Shown here piece after piece: positions 25,984 through 38,720 of a stretch of 41,317 bases of DNA. Under the pieces are notes generated by a model, which searched no databases, was not told where the DNA came from, and saw only the letters and a program-made list of their open reading frames with translations. How positions within the stretch are numbered: the first letter of the stretch is position 1; each line of letters begins with the position of its first letter. The position numbers and the translations under genes are program-made. This stretch comes from Octopus sinensis (taxonomy: Eukaryota): the NCBI RefSeq assembly GCF_006345805.1, contig NW_021835274.1, positions 1 to 41,317 of the forward strand. Reading direction: 5' to 3'.

Positions 25984-26410
25984 CTTAATTATTTTTTAAT
26001 AGCCTTTATTTATAAAATAAATCTAATTTTTGTACCTCTATAAATTCATACTTAGCTTATATAAAATAATACTGGTATTTTCACTACTTATAATAAACTG
26101 CTTAGATTATAATTTAATTAATATATAGTTAGCATGTTCATTTACCTCAGCACTCCTTTATTAAATACCAGTATATACCAATTGATCAGTATTCACAGAT
26201 ACCATCTGATAAGTTAGTATTTAAGTATATAATATGTATAAATATTAAACTATTTCTAGATAACGATCGTACTGCATTACCTCTGGGTATCCTTGTTGCT
26301 TATTTTGATTTTAATCACCTTATTTTGAAATTGGATGATAATACCGTACTAAATGTGATGCCCCAACTTAGTACCTTGATCTTCTGAATCTGTCTCTGTC
26401 TCTGTCTCTG

Positions 26411-26488
<78 letters not shown>

Positions 26489-26671
26489 CCTGGGCAAGAC
26501 ATAATCTTTTATCCTTGTGAGACTACTAATCAGAAGTTTAGAAATTCTGGGGTGTAGGAACTACATACTTTGCTCACCACTGTTTCCGTGATGTTCTCGA
26601 GCTTGGAGAGATAAATCTGTTCATCTGTATGAACCCAGGCTAGAGCAGATGCGAGAGTAGTGCGACGGTTG

Positions 26672-27303
26672 CACAACTGCACTGAATACAAAATGCTGCC
26701 CCAAAGCATTTATAAGAATTGTATTCACGATAAAATTGCTACAAAATTTCAATGGGGAATCTATAAAAAAAATGTTTGGATTTTAATACAGGAAAATAGT
26801 GTGACCAAAAACTCAAACATATCATTGAAAACGATTGTGCAAAATTACTATGGGATATAAAAATTCAAAAGGAAAAGCAAGTAGAATATACATCGTAGAT
26901 ATTGTCGTAGTTATTAAAGAGAAAAGAATGTGTTGTTTAATCGCTGTTTCTTGACTGTTTCATACAAAAGAGGATGAGAAAAACATGTGATAAAAAGGAA
27001 AAAATACCAGGGCCTAAAGTAAGAATATCAGTGAATTTGAAACTGCCGTAAAGTTGTCATTATCCCAGTTGTAATACGAACCACAGGAACAGTTGCAAGA
27101 GGTCTAAATGGTAGGTTTAAGATGCTGTGTACCGAAGGGAATTTTTGACACGACATATAGTTTGCTTGCTAGTCACAATACAATCTACTTCAAAAGTGCT
27201 AGATACCTAAAGACTGGAAAAGGTAACTTATTATTATCTTAGGCCCAATTATTAATAGAAGAATATGAAAATGCAGAACGAATAAAAGAAATGATTATAA
27301 TAA
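26672..27303 (+). mobile_element. Degenerate 3' end of an RLE-type (R4/Dong-like) non-LTR retrotransposon
   Basis: Across frameshifts: C..YK..IHDKIA..W..KK / IIENDCAKLLWDIKIQ / DIVVVIKE..C.LI / KYQGLK / KVVIIPVVI..G. This matches the C-terminal restriction-like endonuclease pattern. Ends in TTATAATAA. Confidence 0.7.
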
Positions 27304-27377
27304 AGTGTGTGTGTGTGTGTGTATAATATATATCTCTGCACTCCTCTCTCCCGCTCTCTCTCTCTCTCTATATATAT

Positions 27378-30041
27378 TTTTCTTATCTAGTTTCAGCTCA
27401 GAGCTGCGGCCATGCTGATGCACCGCCGTTTTGTGCTACACTGTTATTACGACGAGCCTCGTCTAATATGTGGCACTTGGTGAAGAATGGAGTTTGATAT
27501 AGCTACTCTCATTTGCACCTCTTGCCGTGAGGTAGGTTCATCTGGATCTCTTGACAGGAAGATGTCCAGCTTTGATTTAAAAACCGCTACATCTACTTTG
27601 TGCAAGTTCCTCAGACTCTTTGGGAGAATATTAAAAAGCTGTGTGCCCTTGAAACCCAGGCTGTTGCAGAAGCTCTTCTTGAAGCGTGATGGCATTGCTG
27701 GGGTCTTTGGCACTATGCAGTGTCGTCTCGTTCTAGCATTGGTGTAGCTAACAATGCCAAAATTTGGCACAATTCCTTCCAGGATCTTCCAGACATGTAT
27801 TACTACATACCTCTCCCGTCTTCTCTCCAGGGAGTAGAGTCTTAGATGTTTCAACCTTTCCCAGTAGCTGAGCTGTTACAAAGAGATGATCCTCTTTGTG
27901 AATCTTCTCTGGATTGCTTCAAGGTCCGCTGTTAATTTTACACTGGTGGGTGACCATAGCTGTGAGCAGTAATCCAGGCGACTGAGGACGAATGTCCGCC
28001 AGAGGACCATCATGGTTTCCTTATCTCTGGTTCTGAATGTTCTTAGGATCCACCCAGCCTGTCGTCTGCACTTTGTCGCCTTCCTGGCAATGTGCACTTG
28101 GTAAGAGGTATCATCACTCATGTCGATACCCAGGTCCCTCACTGACTTAGGCTCTGGGATTGAAATTTCCTGTCGACCGGTGTATCCTGTAAGTTTAATA
28201 TTCAATTTTGGATGCTGGTAGCGCAGGGCCTGGAATTTTTCAGCATTAAACTGCATATTATTATCCTCAGCCCATCTGTTGAGTCCAACTCCTGCTGCAG
28301 GTGTGCAACATCGCTGGGGTTCTGTATTTTCTGCGAGACATTCGTATCGTCTGCATAGCTGGCCAGAGTGGCTATCCGGGCATTTGAGGGCATATCTGAG
28401 AGGGCCACTCTAAAAAGTAGTGGTCCCAAAACAGTGCCCTGTGGAACACCGCTCACTATTTGTGTGTTCATAGAGATGGCTCCATTAACCACTACTGCCT
28501 GACTCCTATGTTTCAGGAAGTCATGCAACCACACTCCAAGTTTTCCAGCTATGCCGCGGTCACGTAGTTTGTGGCATATCATACCATGATCCACCTTGTC
28601 AAAAGCTTTTGCAAAATCAAGGTAGATTACGTCCACATTTGATTTGTTGAGTAACTGCCTCAACACCCAGTCATAATGCTGTAAGAGCTGGTCAGGCAGC
28701 TCCTACCTGGTCGAAAACCATGCTGGGTATCACTCAGCAAGTTTTTCCTCAAGGAATGCGATTAGTTTCTTTCTGACTATCCGTTCCATGACTTTGCTGA
28801 TGTGTGAAGTCAGAGAGATAGGCCTATAGTTTTTGGCATCTGCTCTACTTCCCCCTTTATGTATTGGGCATATTATTCCCTCCTTCAGCTTTGCTTGGCA
28901 GTTTGCCATTCGCAAGAAATCTCTGGAAGAGAATCTTGAGTGGTTTTGCCAGGGTATGCTTACACGCTTTGAGGAGGATGGCTGGGAAACCATCTGGACC
29001 AGCAGCTGAGTTTGTGTCTACTTCAGCTATGGCTAGTAAGACATCTTTTTCGCTAATGTCAATACATTTTATTGTAACCGCCTCGCTGGTTATAGGTGAG
29101 GCGGCAAAGAAGTCCACTGGTTCGTTCACTTGTCTGTGTTCCAACGGGGTGGTAAAGACACTTTTGAACTGGTCATTCAGCATCTTACTGATCATAGTTG
29201 GACTGTCTGTGAGGGAGCCATCCTTTTGGAGGAGGGGTCCTATCTTGTAGTGCACTGAGACTGTTTCTTTCGCGTAATGAATGAAGGCCTTTGGGTTTGA
29301 TTTCATGTTTTTTATAACCCAGGCTCCTTTGACTGCTTTCTCCTTCACATAGGATTGTTGCAGCCTTTTTTCGATCTCCATCAGTGTTGTTTTTAGGCGG
29401 GACGTTTCGCTACTTTTGGGATGTTGGTTGAGACGATTTGCAACCTTCGTCCGTCGTCTCATGAGGATCTTCCTGTCTCTTGGAATCTTGTTCCTATTTG
29501 TTTTGGCCTTGTACTCTGGGACATATTTCTGGCATACGGCTTGCACAGAAGACATGAAACATTCCAGTTTCATGCCAATGTCTGGTGTGAAGAGACATTC
29601 CGGCCGGTCCTCTCTGAGGATCTCTTTTTTGATCGATTTCCAATCTGCTTTGTGGAAGTTCAGATTGGAGAGATTTCGGGTGCTTCCTTTATGCTGGATG
29701 TCTCTGGTTACTTTCGGCCCAAACATAGACAGCTCTATTATGTTGTGATCCGAAATTGATGTCGGTGTCACTTTCACATCATGAATGATGTCCATATTGT
29801 TCGTGAAGCAGAGATCCAGAATGTTATTCGCCCTAGTTGGCTTGAGTACAACTTGCTCCATGAATAAGGCATTGGTGACGTTGAGCAGGGACTCCACCTG
29901 TACTTGCTTGTAATGATTCATTCCTGAGAGTATGTGACCTTCGGGCCATTTGACGTTGGGGAAGTTGAAATCACCCATAAGAAATATGGTCAAGTGGTGT
30001 TCCAGATTCATGAGGATTTCTTTAATTCTTGTGAGGCAAGA
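27378..30041 (-). mobile_element. CR1-clade LINE, 5'-truncated (partial APE, RT and 3' UTR), frameshifted
   Basis: Five consecutive ORF pieces carry MGDFNFP, PTRANNILDL, SDHN, AGPDG, NYRPISLTS, YLDFAKAFDKVDH, GVPQGTVLGPLLF, YADDT, RDLG, LDYCSQLWSP and SLERRR. Stop at 27447-27449; 3' UTR 27378-27446. Confidence 0.95.
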
Positions 30042-30047
30042 ATATAC

Positions 30048-30089
<42 letters not shown>

Positions 30090-30092
<3 letters not shown>

Positions 30093-30200
30093 ACGTGACC
30101 GACCAGACTATCTGATGTTGTTACACATCGCTGGTCAAAATGCGTTCGCATTGATTTAGCCTTCGAATGACACCACCCCGCTGGCTAAGCGAGCAGGCCA
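30090..30200 (-). mobile_element. Short element with an RTE-like 3' end
   Basis: Reverse complement ends TGACCAGCGATGT...CTGGTCGGTCACGTGA, similar to the 12863 RTE tail TGACCAGCGGTGT...CTGGTCGGTCAAAGTGA. (TA)n on both sides. Confidence 0.55.
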
Positions 30201-30410
30201 ATATATATATATATATTATACATGCATACACATACACTTTGTTTCAGACATTTGTTTTATTCGTTGAGCATTTTCATTTTCTTCTATTAGTAATTGGTCG
30301 CAAGAAAACAAGTTGCATCTTCCAGTCTTTAGGTACACACACACACACACATACACACACACACACACACCATATATATTATATATATTATATATATATA
30401 TATATATATA

Positions 30411-30627
30411 GTTAATCCAAACAAGAAAACACAAAAAAAACACAGCAACGCGAGGACGTGGAACAAATAAAATATTATTGGACGCTCAGGAAAGAAGGGA
30501 AGGAGGGTTTAACGTTTCGAGCGGAGCTCTTCGTCGGAAACAAAGGAGAAAGAAAGATCCGAGAAGGGAAGACAGAGGAAAATAAAATTGCTGGCGGTGC
30601 TCACGAGGTCAGGTCACCTGTTGAAAG

Positions 30628-30632
<5 letters not shown>
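30411..30632 (-). mobile_element. Penelope pseudo-LTR-like repeat carrying a hammerhead-like motif (30507-30541)
   Basis: Minus strand GTTT-CCGACGA-A-GAGC-TCC-GCTC-GAAACGT-T-AAAC. Bounded by (TA)n on both sides. The pLTR assignment is inference. Confidence 0.5.
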
Positions 30633-30672
<40 letters not shown>

Positions 30673-30739
30673 TCTCTCCCGTCGTTAGCCGGCGTATTAA
30701 TGTTCGACAATTTCTTACCGAACAACCACACATGATTTG

Positions 30740-30954
30740 TTTATACTGATCAAATGTTTGTGTAGACATAAGCTCACTCCCTCCATCAGATCGACATTTC
30801 CTGCAGAAGTGCAGATGTCAGGTGTCGAAATAATCACAGAGCAACGTGAAATGAAGTGCTTTGCTCAAGAACACAACGCAACGCCCGATCTGGGAATCGA
30901 ACCCACGATCTCGCAATCGTTAGTGCAACACCCTAACCATTAAGCCATGCGCCT
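30740..30954 (-). mobile_element. tRNA-derived SINE family D
   Basis: Reverse complement begins AGGCGCATGGCTTAATGGTTAG..GGTTCGATTCCC (A- and B-box), then GTTCTTGAGCAAAGCACTTCATTTCACGTTGCTC. Confidence 0.75.
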
Positions 30955-30998
30955 ATATGCATATCCGAAAAAAAATTGACGCGATTATCACAGCTGAA

Positions 30999-31228
30999 GG
31001 CAGCGAGCTGGCAGAATCGTTAGCACGCCGGGCGAAATGCGTAGCCATATTTCGTCTGCCGTTACGTTCTGAGTTCAAATTCCGCCCAGGTCCACTTTGC
31101 CTTTCATCCTTTCGGGGTCGATAAATTAAGTACCAGTTACGTACTGGGTCAATTTAATCGACTTAATCCGTTTGTCTGTCCTTGTTTGTCCCCTCTATGT
31201 TTAGCCCCTTGTGGGTAATAAAGAAACG
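30999..31228 (+). mobile_element. SINE family A, long-tail variant, full length
   Basis: Perfect 16-bp TSD GATTATCACAGCTGAA at 30983-30998 and 31229-31244. Lies about 120 bp from the 88-bp exon. Confidence 0.9.
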
Positions 31229-31349
31229 GATTATCACAGCTGAAATTTTCTGTTTAAAAGTCTGATTAAAGGCTAAGTAGAATTAAGCAACAGCAACGAC
31301 AACAACGACATTAAACCGTTAAAATATGATGGGAAATACCATTACTTAC

Positions 31350-31437
31350 CAATCTCCTCTTTCTCCTTGCTGTGTTATTACAACTCTTTTTGGTACAGAG
31401 ATATAGATCGATTCTCTTACAATGGATCTGGTAATCG
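31350..31437 (-). CDS. Exon (88 bp) of tandem cNMP-binding-domain protein (CNBD1/CNBD2-like); start of CNBD-A
   Basis: Minus strand reads ttatttttttctgtatgttatAG|CG ATT ACC...GGA GAT TG|GTAAGT and encodes xITRSIVRESIYISVPKRVVITQQGERGD. The final TG joins the first T of exon 8285-8478 to give QQGERGDCFYII, the canonical cNMP QG-x-x-G-D-x-FY motif. Not in the ORF track. Confidence 0.85.
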
Positions 31438-32567
31438 CTATAACATACAGAAAAAAATAAAGTAGCTAGATATTACGCAAAGTGTATCATGGTTATGGTC
31501 CAACGAAGGAGCATCAATGTTGTGGTTCGACATTCTGAAACAGTAGTCAAATTCCCCTTATTTCTTCCGCTACTGTCTTGAAAAAAGATGACAGATGATT
31601 GATTTTGTCCATTGAGATGATGGTAGCGCAGGCTTATATGGCGCGGAATGGCAAGTGGTACAAGAATGACAGGTAGGGATGTAAGCTGTTGTATTTTATA
31701 GCTAAGTGTTCAATAAATTGTCCAGACACTACTTATGGAGGGATAGTGAACGCGGAGAGTATGTATATTTGACGACACTCTCAAATCATGGGAAAGTATG
31801 AATGGATGTTTTCTCTGTATGAGCTTGGAGGTCGGTGAACATAGCTGGGAGAAGGAACTTATTTTATGACAAGTCTAAAACTGAATGTTCTGATTGACCT
31901 CAAATTCCTTTAAATGATCCCAGATGACTGTTACCCGAATTGGAAGTTTCATCTTTTTTTTAAGCCCGCTTTTTGCATATTCGATTTCATATTAAACGCG
32001 CCACCACAGTTTTCGTACACTGTCTTTATAATGTCCTAACTATCCATTACTCTTGCAGTAAAACTCTACAATAACAACAGAATAAAAAATCTCTTGAAGA
32101 AAGAGAAAAGGCGAGAAGGTCTACGCGAGGTCGGTAGCCATTTTAAAACAGCAACCAAATTTTTACAAATATATACTCACTTCTTACAAGTCACACATAT
32201 ACATACATACATATACATACATATATATATACGTGTTTATGTATTTAATCTTGGCGTCCCTCCTGATGAAGACTTCGCCATGGCAATTTACTTTATTTCC
32301 TAGAATTTATCCCTAATTACTGGTTTGGACTTTAGCTGTTCTTTCTAGCGTAAAGGATTCCTATGATGGAAACCTCTTAATGTGTTTAAATGTACACGGA
32401 TTTTATATATACATGTATTATTATATATATATATATATAATATATATATATATAATATATAATATATATATTATATATATATTATATTAGTTATATAATT
32501 AGGGTTCAGTAAAATATTACTTTACCACACACCGAACTTTTAGAAATAGCAGCCAGAAGATTTTAGC

Positions 32568-32611
<44 letters not shown>

Positions 32612-32870
32612 ATATGTTGGTATGTATATAAACATATATATACACATATGAATACATACATGTATACATATTTGTAGATATATATGTATGTGTATGTGTG
32701 TGTGTGTGTGTGTGATGGGGTGTAACACTCACAGCCGCAGCTGGACCATTGTCGATCACATACTTCTGCTGGATTGAATCAGAATTAAACAAGAGATAAA
32801 CGGCAATAATTAGCAACAACAATCATAACATCAATGAAAACTATAACAGCATCAACAGCATAACAACAAC

Positions 32871-32904
<34 letters not shown>

Positions 32905-33197
32905 ATAACGAATGCGGTGTCATAAATCAAAAGAGAATTAATTCCAATACAAAGAGAAAAATGGAAGATTACAAATATAAGTGTTATTTCAAAAACCAAA
33001 ATATATTTGCATAAAATTTCTATTTTTCTGATTGAATTCTATTTCTATCTAATTAGAAATAATTTGATAAATCTTAAATTGGGAAATAATTATTACTGGG
33101 AGGATTTTCAACACCAGTTGAAAACTGCATCAGTAGCAGCCGGAGCAGTGGTGGGTGTAGCAGCAGTAGTAATGATTGTGGTTAGATTCAGAAATGT

Positions 33198-33225
33198 CAG
33201 CATCAGCATCATCATCATCATCATC

Positions 33226-33286
<61 letters not shown>

Positions 33287-33413
33287 AGCAGAGCAGCAGC
33301 GTCAACTCTCGTTGTCGTTATCGTCACAGTCGTCGGGATCATGATGATCATCATTATTATCGCCACCATCATCGTCACCGTTTTCATCATCAACGTCATC
33401 ATCATCATCATCG

Positions 33414-33448
<35 letters not shown>

Positions 33449-33495
33449 GTCATCATCATCATCATCACACATCATCATCATCATCATCAACGTCG

Positions 33496-33548
<53 letters not shown>

Positions 33549-33657
33549 GTCATCATCATTATCATCATCCTCATCATCATCATCACCATCATCATAATCA
33601 TCATCATCATCATCATCAACGTCATCATCATCATCACCATCACCATCATCATAAACG

Positions 33658-33693
<36 letters not shown>

Positions 33694-34230
33694 CCACGAC
33701 GTTGTCGTTGTTGTCATCGTCATCATCATCGCCATCATCACCAGCACTATCATCATAATCATCAGCATCATCCTCGTCATCGTCATCGTCATGAACATCA
33801 TTCTCCTCCTCATCATCATCATCATGACCATCATCAACATCATATCATCATCATGGTCATCATCATAATCAACGTCATCATCCACATCGTTATCATCATC
33901 ACCACCTCCGCCGTAGCCAACACTACGAACACCACGACCACCACGACCACCACCTCCACCCTCATCAATATCAGCAGCATCATCATCGTCGCGTACCATA
34001 ACGATCCTCCAATTTATTCTAAAATTTTCAAAATCATCATCATAATCGCCATCTATCCTCATCATCTCATCCACAACCACCATAACTGCAACCGCAGAAA
34101 ACACCAACGGCAACACTATCCACTGCCACATCAGCAACACCCCGACCGAAAAACACTAATACCGCACCCTACCAATCCCGGGATCAACATAATCCCCCAT
34201 CACTACCACCACCACTACCAGTACCAATAG
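33198..34230. repeat. About 1-kb compound (CAT)n array decaying into CAC/CAG/CGT variants
   Basis: Read directly. It explains the poly-His, poly-Ser, poly-Asp and poly-Met ORFs. Confidence 0.95.
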
Positions 34231-34259
34231 TAGCACCACATAGACACACACAGGCACAC

Positions 34260-34901
34260 ACAGATACAGTCAGTCACACACATACATATATATACAAGTA
34301 TATATAATATATATATATATAATACTATATATATATATATATTATATATATGTATGTATATCATATCCATCCTGTGTTGTACACACACACACACTCATAT
34401 ATACACATACACAGGTATATGTACACATATTCTCGCAGTGATAGAAAGAAACATAAAAATAGTTAGATACAAACATTTCTAAATATCATTCCTCGCTCTG
34501 TATATAGGTAATTTACATACAAGCATACGTCCATACACATATACATACATACATAATACCTACATGCATACATTCATACTTGATACACATATTTATATTC
34601 ATGTATACATATACTACATGCATACACATATGTGAATATATGATACGTCTACACATATCGTGTGTATATATAATATATATAAATATATACATATATATAT
34701 ATATATATCATATATATATATATACACATATATTTATATATGTATGTATATATATATATATAGTGCACATATATGTATATCTATCTATCTATCTATCTAT
34801 CTGTCTATCTATCTGTAAACACACACACATATATACATATAGATATGCAGATATATAATATAAACATATATTTATACTATATTCATACATAAATACAGAT
34901 A

Positions 34902-34951
<50 letters not shown>

Positions 34952-35024
34952 ATATATATATATATATTATATATATACATGCATAACGTACATACATACA
35001 TAGATACCACACACACACACACAC

Positions 35025-35080
<56 letters not shown>
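34260..35080. repeat. (TA)n/(CA)n/(TATC)n low-complexity tract, one of many (also about 150-430, 3961-4194, 10140-10400, 35970-36090, 37990-38200, 39710-39978)
   Basis: Read directly. Confidence 0.95.
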
Positions 35081-35081
<1 letters not shown>

Positions 35082-35980
35082 AAGACACAGAGGAGAGGAG
35101 AGAGTGGAGGAAATATTGAAATACTGGGCGAGAGAAGAGCTATTGTGAATAAATAGTATCATTAAAAGTATTGATCTCGCTGGCATATATGATTTAATTC
35201 CATTATTAATAAATAGATTTTACTTCTCAAAAATTACAAAAATAAGAACAAAAAAAAAAACACCCAACAAAAAAACCTCTCATACGCATATAGAAACACC
35301 ATATTATATATCGTAATACTATTGATCCGTTTAAAGGTAAATTAAATAATACAAGCTCATATCATGATTATTAGTTGCACAATAGCATATTTCAACGTTT
35401 AAAATTCAACTTGTAAATCTAATAATAAGAACTAAGGCGGGACCGCTTAAAACCAGAAACTAAAAATATATTTAAAGATGTAAAAATTATGAATAACATT
35501 TATATGTAAATATAAAACGAAGCAGACTGAAAAACCGTTTCCTTTCCAAATGTGTTTATATACGACTGCATGTTGTAGCAGTGAGGTTTTTCATCAGTAT
35601 GCGAGTGTGTGTATGTGAGTTGTTATGAGTGTGATTGTGTATATTGGGATGCAAAAATGTAAATATGCATCTGTATAATTATACGTTTGTAGGTGTATAT
35701 ATGTGATTCTTTGAATGCGTGCATATATGTATGTATATATATATAACATATATGCACATATATATAACATACATGTGTATATAGATATATGTATACAAAC
35801 ACACAGACACGTATGCACACACATGAACATACGCACACGCACACACATAGGCACACACACACAAACACAATGTAAAGGCATATAGAAACAGTTTTCATTT
35901 CGTGAAGTTTATTCCAATCTTAGTAATTACATTGGTTACATATTTCTATTATCTCTCTCATTGATAGTGTACATATATAC

Positions 35981-36088
<108 letters not shown>

Positions 36089-36372
36089 TACACGCACACG
36101 CTATAATTTACATTGTTTAGTAGAAACCACACTCCAAAGGTTGCCAAGTACTCTAGTACTAAAGCGAGGCGATTTCTCATAGTCGTAGACAAGAATAGGT
36201 AAATTACACGCCGACACTCATTTACCAATGCTTTTAAATATTTAGAGAAACACGACTCTCACTTCTTCAGGGTAAATTACTTTCAGTTCCTGGGTGGCTA
36301 AAAGCTCAGTATTATCTCATTTGGAATGTTTTTACTTAGATGTTGGGTAAGAAGAATAAATATGAATATTTG

Positions 36373-36430
<58 letters not shown>

Positions 36431-36435
<5 letters not shown>

Positions 36436-37495
36436 ACGATGGGTTGGTGCCTTCCTCTCAGATCGCTCCTTCCAAGTCCAAGTTAATGGTTCGCGGTCCG
36501 ATGTCTCCAGTGCGAGCAGTGGTGTGCCTCAAGGTTCAGTGCTTGGGCCCTTGTTATTCTTAGTCTTCATAAATGACTTGCCCGACGACCTCACGCAACA
36601 CACCCTTCTATTTGCCGACGATATCAACTGGTCGCTCCTCGCGGTAATATAGAGGATCTTCGTCGATGCCTCCACCAAATTGGAAGTGTCTAACGATTGG
36701 GACCTGTGTCTGAACGTGTCAAAGTGCTGTCATCTGCCTGTCGGCTCTACTCCTGTAACTCAACTTGATTTCGAGCCGGGTCGTCTGCTGCTGGAGAGGA
36801 CCGATCAGGTAAAGGACCTGGGTATCTTGGTGGATTCCTCCTTTTCGCCTTCGGCCCAGTGCGTCCATGCTGCCACAAAGCACGCGGAATTCTGTTCTTG
36901 ATTCGACGGTCATTCGGAATGCTCACAGCAGCCATATTCCTACCACTAATGTCACGCTGGGTGAGACCATATTGGGAGTATGGGATTCAAGCCTCTTCTC
37001 CTTATCTCCTCAAAGACATACAGCATCTCGAAAGAGTCCAGAGAGCTGGCTACCCGCAGGTTCATGGTCTCAAAAATTTGTCCTACGAAGAAAGGCTGAG
37101 GACGCTCGACCTTTATTCTCTTGAAAAAACGCCGCGCCGTCGTGGTGATCTCATTCTCGCCCACAACATCACAAGCGGAAAGTGTAACCTCTCGAAAGAG
37201 CTGTCTTCACTCCTGCTCCAGAGCGTCGGCTGCGGGGGGTCATTCCGAAAAGCTCTACCTGCGACGATTTCATCTCAATCGAAGGAGAGGAGCTTTCTCC
37301 GTCCGGGTTATGGATCCGTGGAACAAGCTGCCAGACGAGATGGTGAAGATGCCGGCGACCGCTTTGTTCAAAGCCTCCCTTGACCTCAAGTGGCCTGAAC
37401 TCTTTACATGAACACCACCCTGTACTTAATTCCATGTCCCCCTACATGGCCTTCCTATTTGCTTTTGAGCCAAATTAACTAACTAACTAACTAAC
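36431..37495 (+). mobile_element. Second CR1-clade LINE family, 5'-truncated RT with 3' UTR and (CTAA)n tail
   Basis: Reads IVRWVGAFLSDRSFQVQVNG..SSGVPQGSVLGPLLFLVFINDLP..LFADD, then VKDLG, SYEERL..L.LYSLE and RRGAFSVRVMDPWNKLP, with frameshifts. The 3' UTR differs from the 27378 element and has a CCATGT/ACATGG hairpin. Confidence 0.93.
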
Positions 37496-37510
37496 ATATA
37501 TATATATATA

Positions 37511-37687
37511 GGTGCAAGAATGACTGTGTGTTAAGTAGTTTGCTTGCCAACCACATGGTTCCGGGTTCAGTCCCACTGCGTCGAACATTTGGTAAGTGTC
37601 TTCTACTATAGCCTCGGGCCGATCAAGCCCTGTGAGAGGATCTGGTAGACGGAAACTAAAAGAAGCCCGTCGTATACATACATACAA

Positions 37688-37739
<52 letters not shown>

Positions 37740-37987
37740 ATAATATATATAATATGAATGTATGTAGGTATGTGTGTGTGTATGTTTGTTGTGTCTGTGT
37801 TTGTCACCCCCAACATCGCTTGACAACCGATGCTTACGTGCCCGTAACTTAGCGGTTCAGGAAAAGAGACCGATAGAGTAAATACTAGGCTTACAAAGAA
37901 TATGTCCTGGGGGCGATTTTCTCGACTAAAAGTGGTGCTCCAGCATGTCCACAGTGAAATGGCAGAAACAAGTAAATGAATAAAAAG
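37511..37987 (+). mobile_element. SINE family C, older copy with an expanded internal microsatellite
   Basis: Same module order as 18389. Begins just after the CR1 tail. Confidence 0.85.
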
Positions 37988-38490
37988 TATAAATGAATGT
38001 ATGTATGTATCTATGTATGTGTGCATGCATGTATGCATGCATTTGTATATATGTATATGTATGTGTATGTGTGTTTATAAATGTATGCATTTATATATTT
38101 GTATATATTGTGTACGCCTGTATGTATCTATGTATGTATATATATAAGCACGCATGTATGTGTACATACATATGTATGCATTTCTGTGTATGCATTTGTA
38201 TGAGCATCACGGTCTGTGCATAATTATGTATACATCTTTCTGTTTATCAATTAATGGCTGCGAGAAAACCATAGGATGCTGTACAAGAAGTCAGCTCTGA
38301 TTGCACAGCTTCTCATAGCAGAAACTGCTGTAAGCTAATGAAGGTGATTACATAACGCATGTTGTCTTTAATTCATTAATCTGCATGTATGTATCCATCT
38401 ACCTATCACTCTGTCTGTATGTCTGTCTGTCATACAACTATAACACTATGAAATTATAGGTCTTAAATCGAACAGGAAGTAGTTAATGGG

Positions 38491-38561
38491 TACGTTGATG
38501 TAATGGTAGTACACTTATCGCGAATATAGAGACGTGTGGGTTCGAGTCCCATGCGAACGTA
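38491..38561 (+). tRNA. tRNA-like element, non-canonical (pseudogene or solitary SINE head)
   Basis: A-box-like TGATGTAATGGT, T-arm GTGGG-TTCGAGT-CCCAT, D-stem TGTA/TACA, closing stem TACGTT/AACGTA and T6 at 38570-38575. The anticodon arm is non-standard. Confidence 0.4.
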
Positions 38562-38657
38562 AAATCCACTTTTTTCCGCCTAGACTATTTTCTTTAACCA
38601 ATACACGCTGATCGCGTATAAGCTTTAAGGTTACATAATATTATTAATATATATATG

Positions 38658-38720
<63 letters not shown>

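Noticed and set aside
32252-32290. CTGATGA-A hammerhead-like start
   Set aside because: No intact stem II and no downstream GAAA.
32733-32768. 36-nt AG..GTGAGT segment with a phase-compatible donor
   Set aside because: The peptide EVCDRQWSSCG does not fit the domain context, and the segment is too short to support.
33007-34230. Poly-His, poly-Ser, poly-Asp and poly-Met ORFs up to 230 aa
   Set aside because: Products of the (CAT)n array, open in several frames on both strands, with no domain or splice support.
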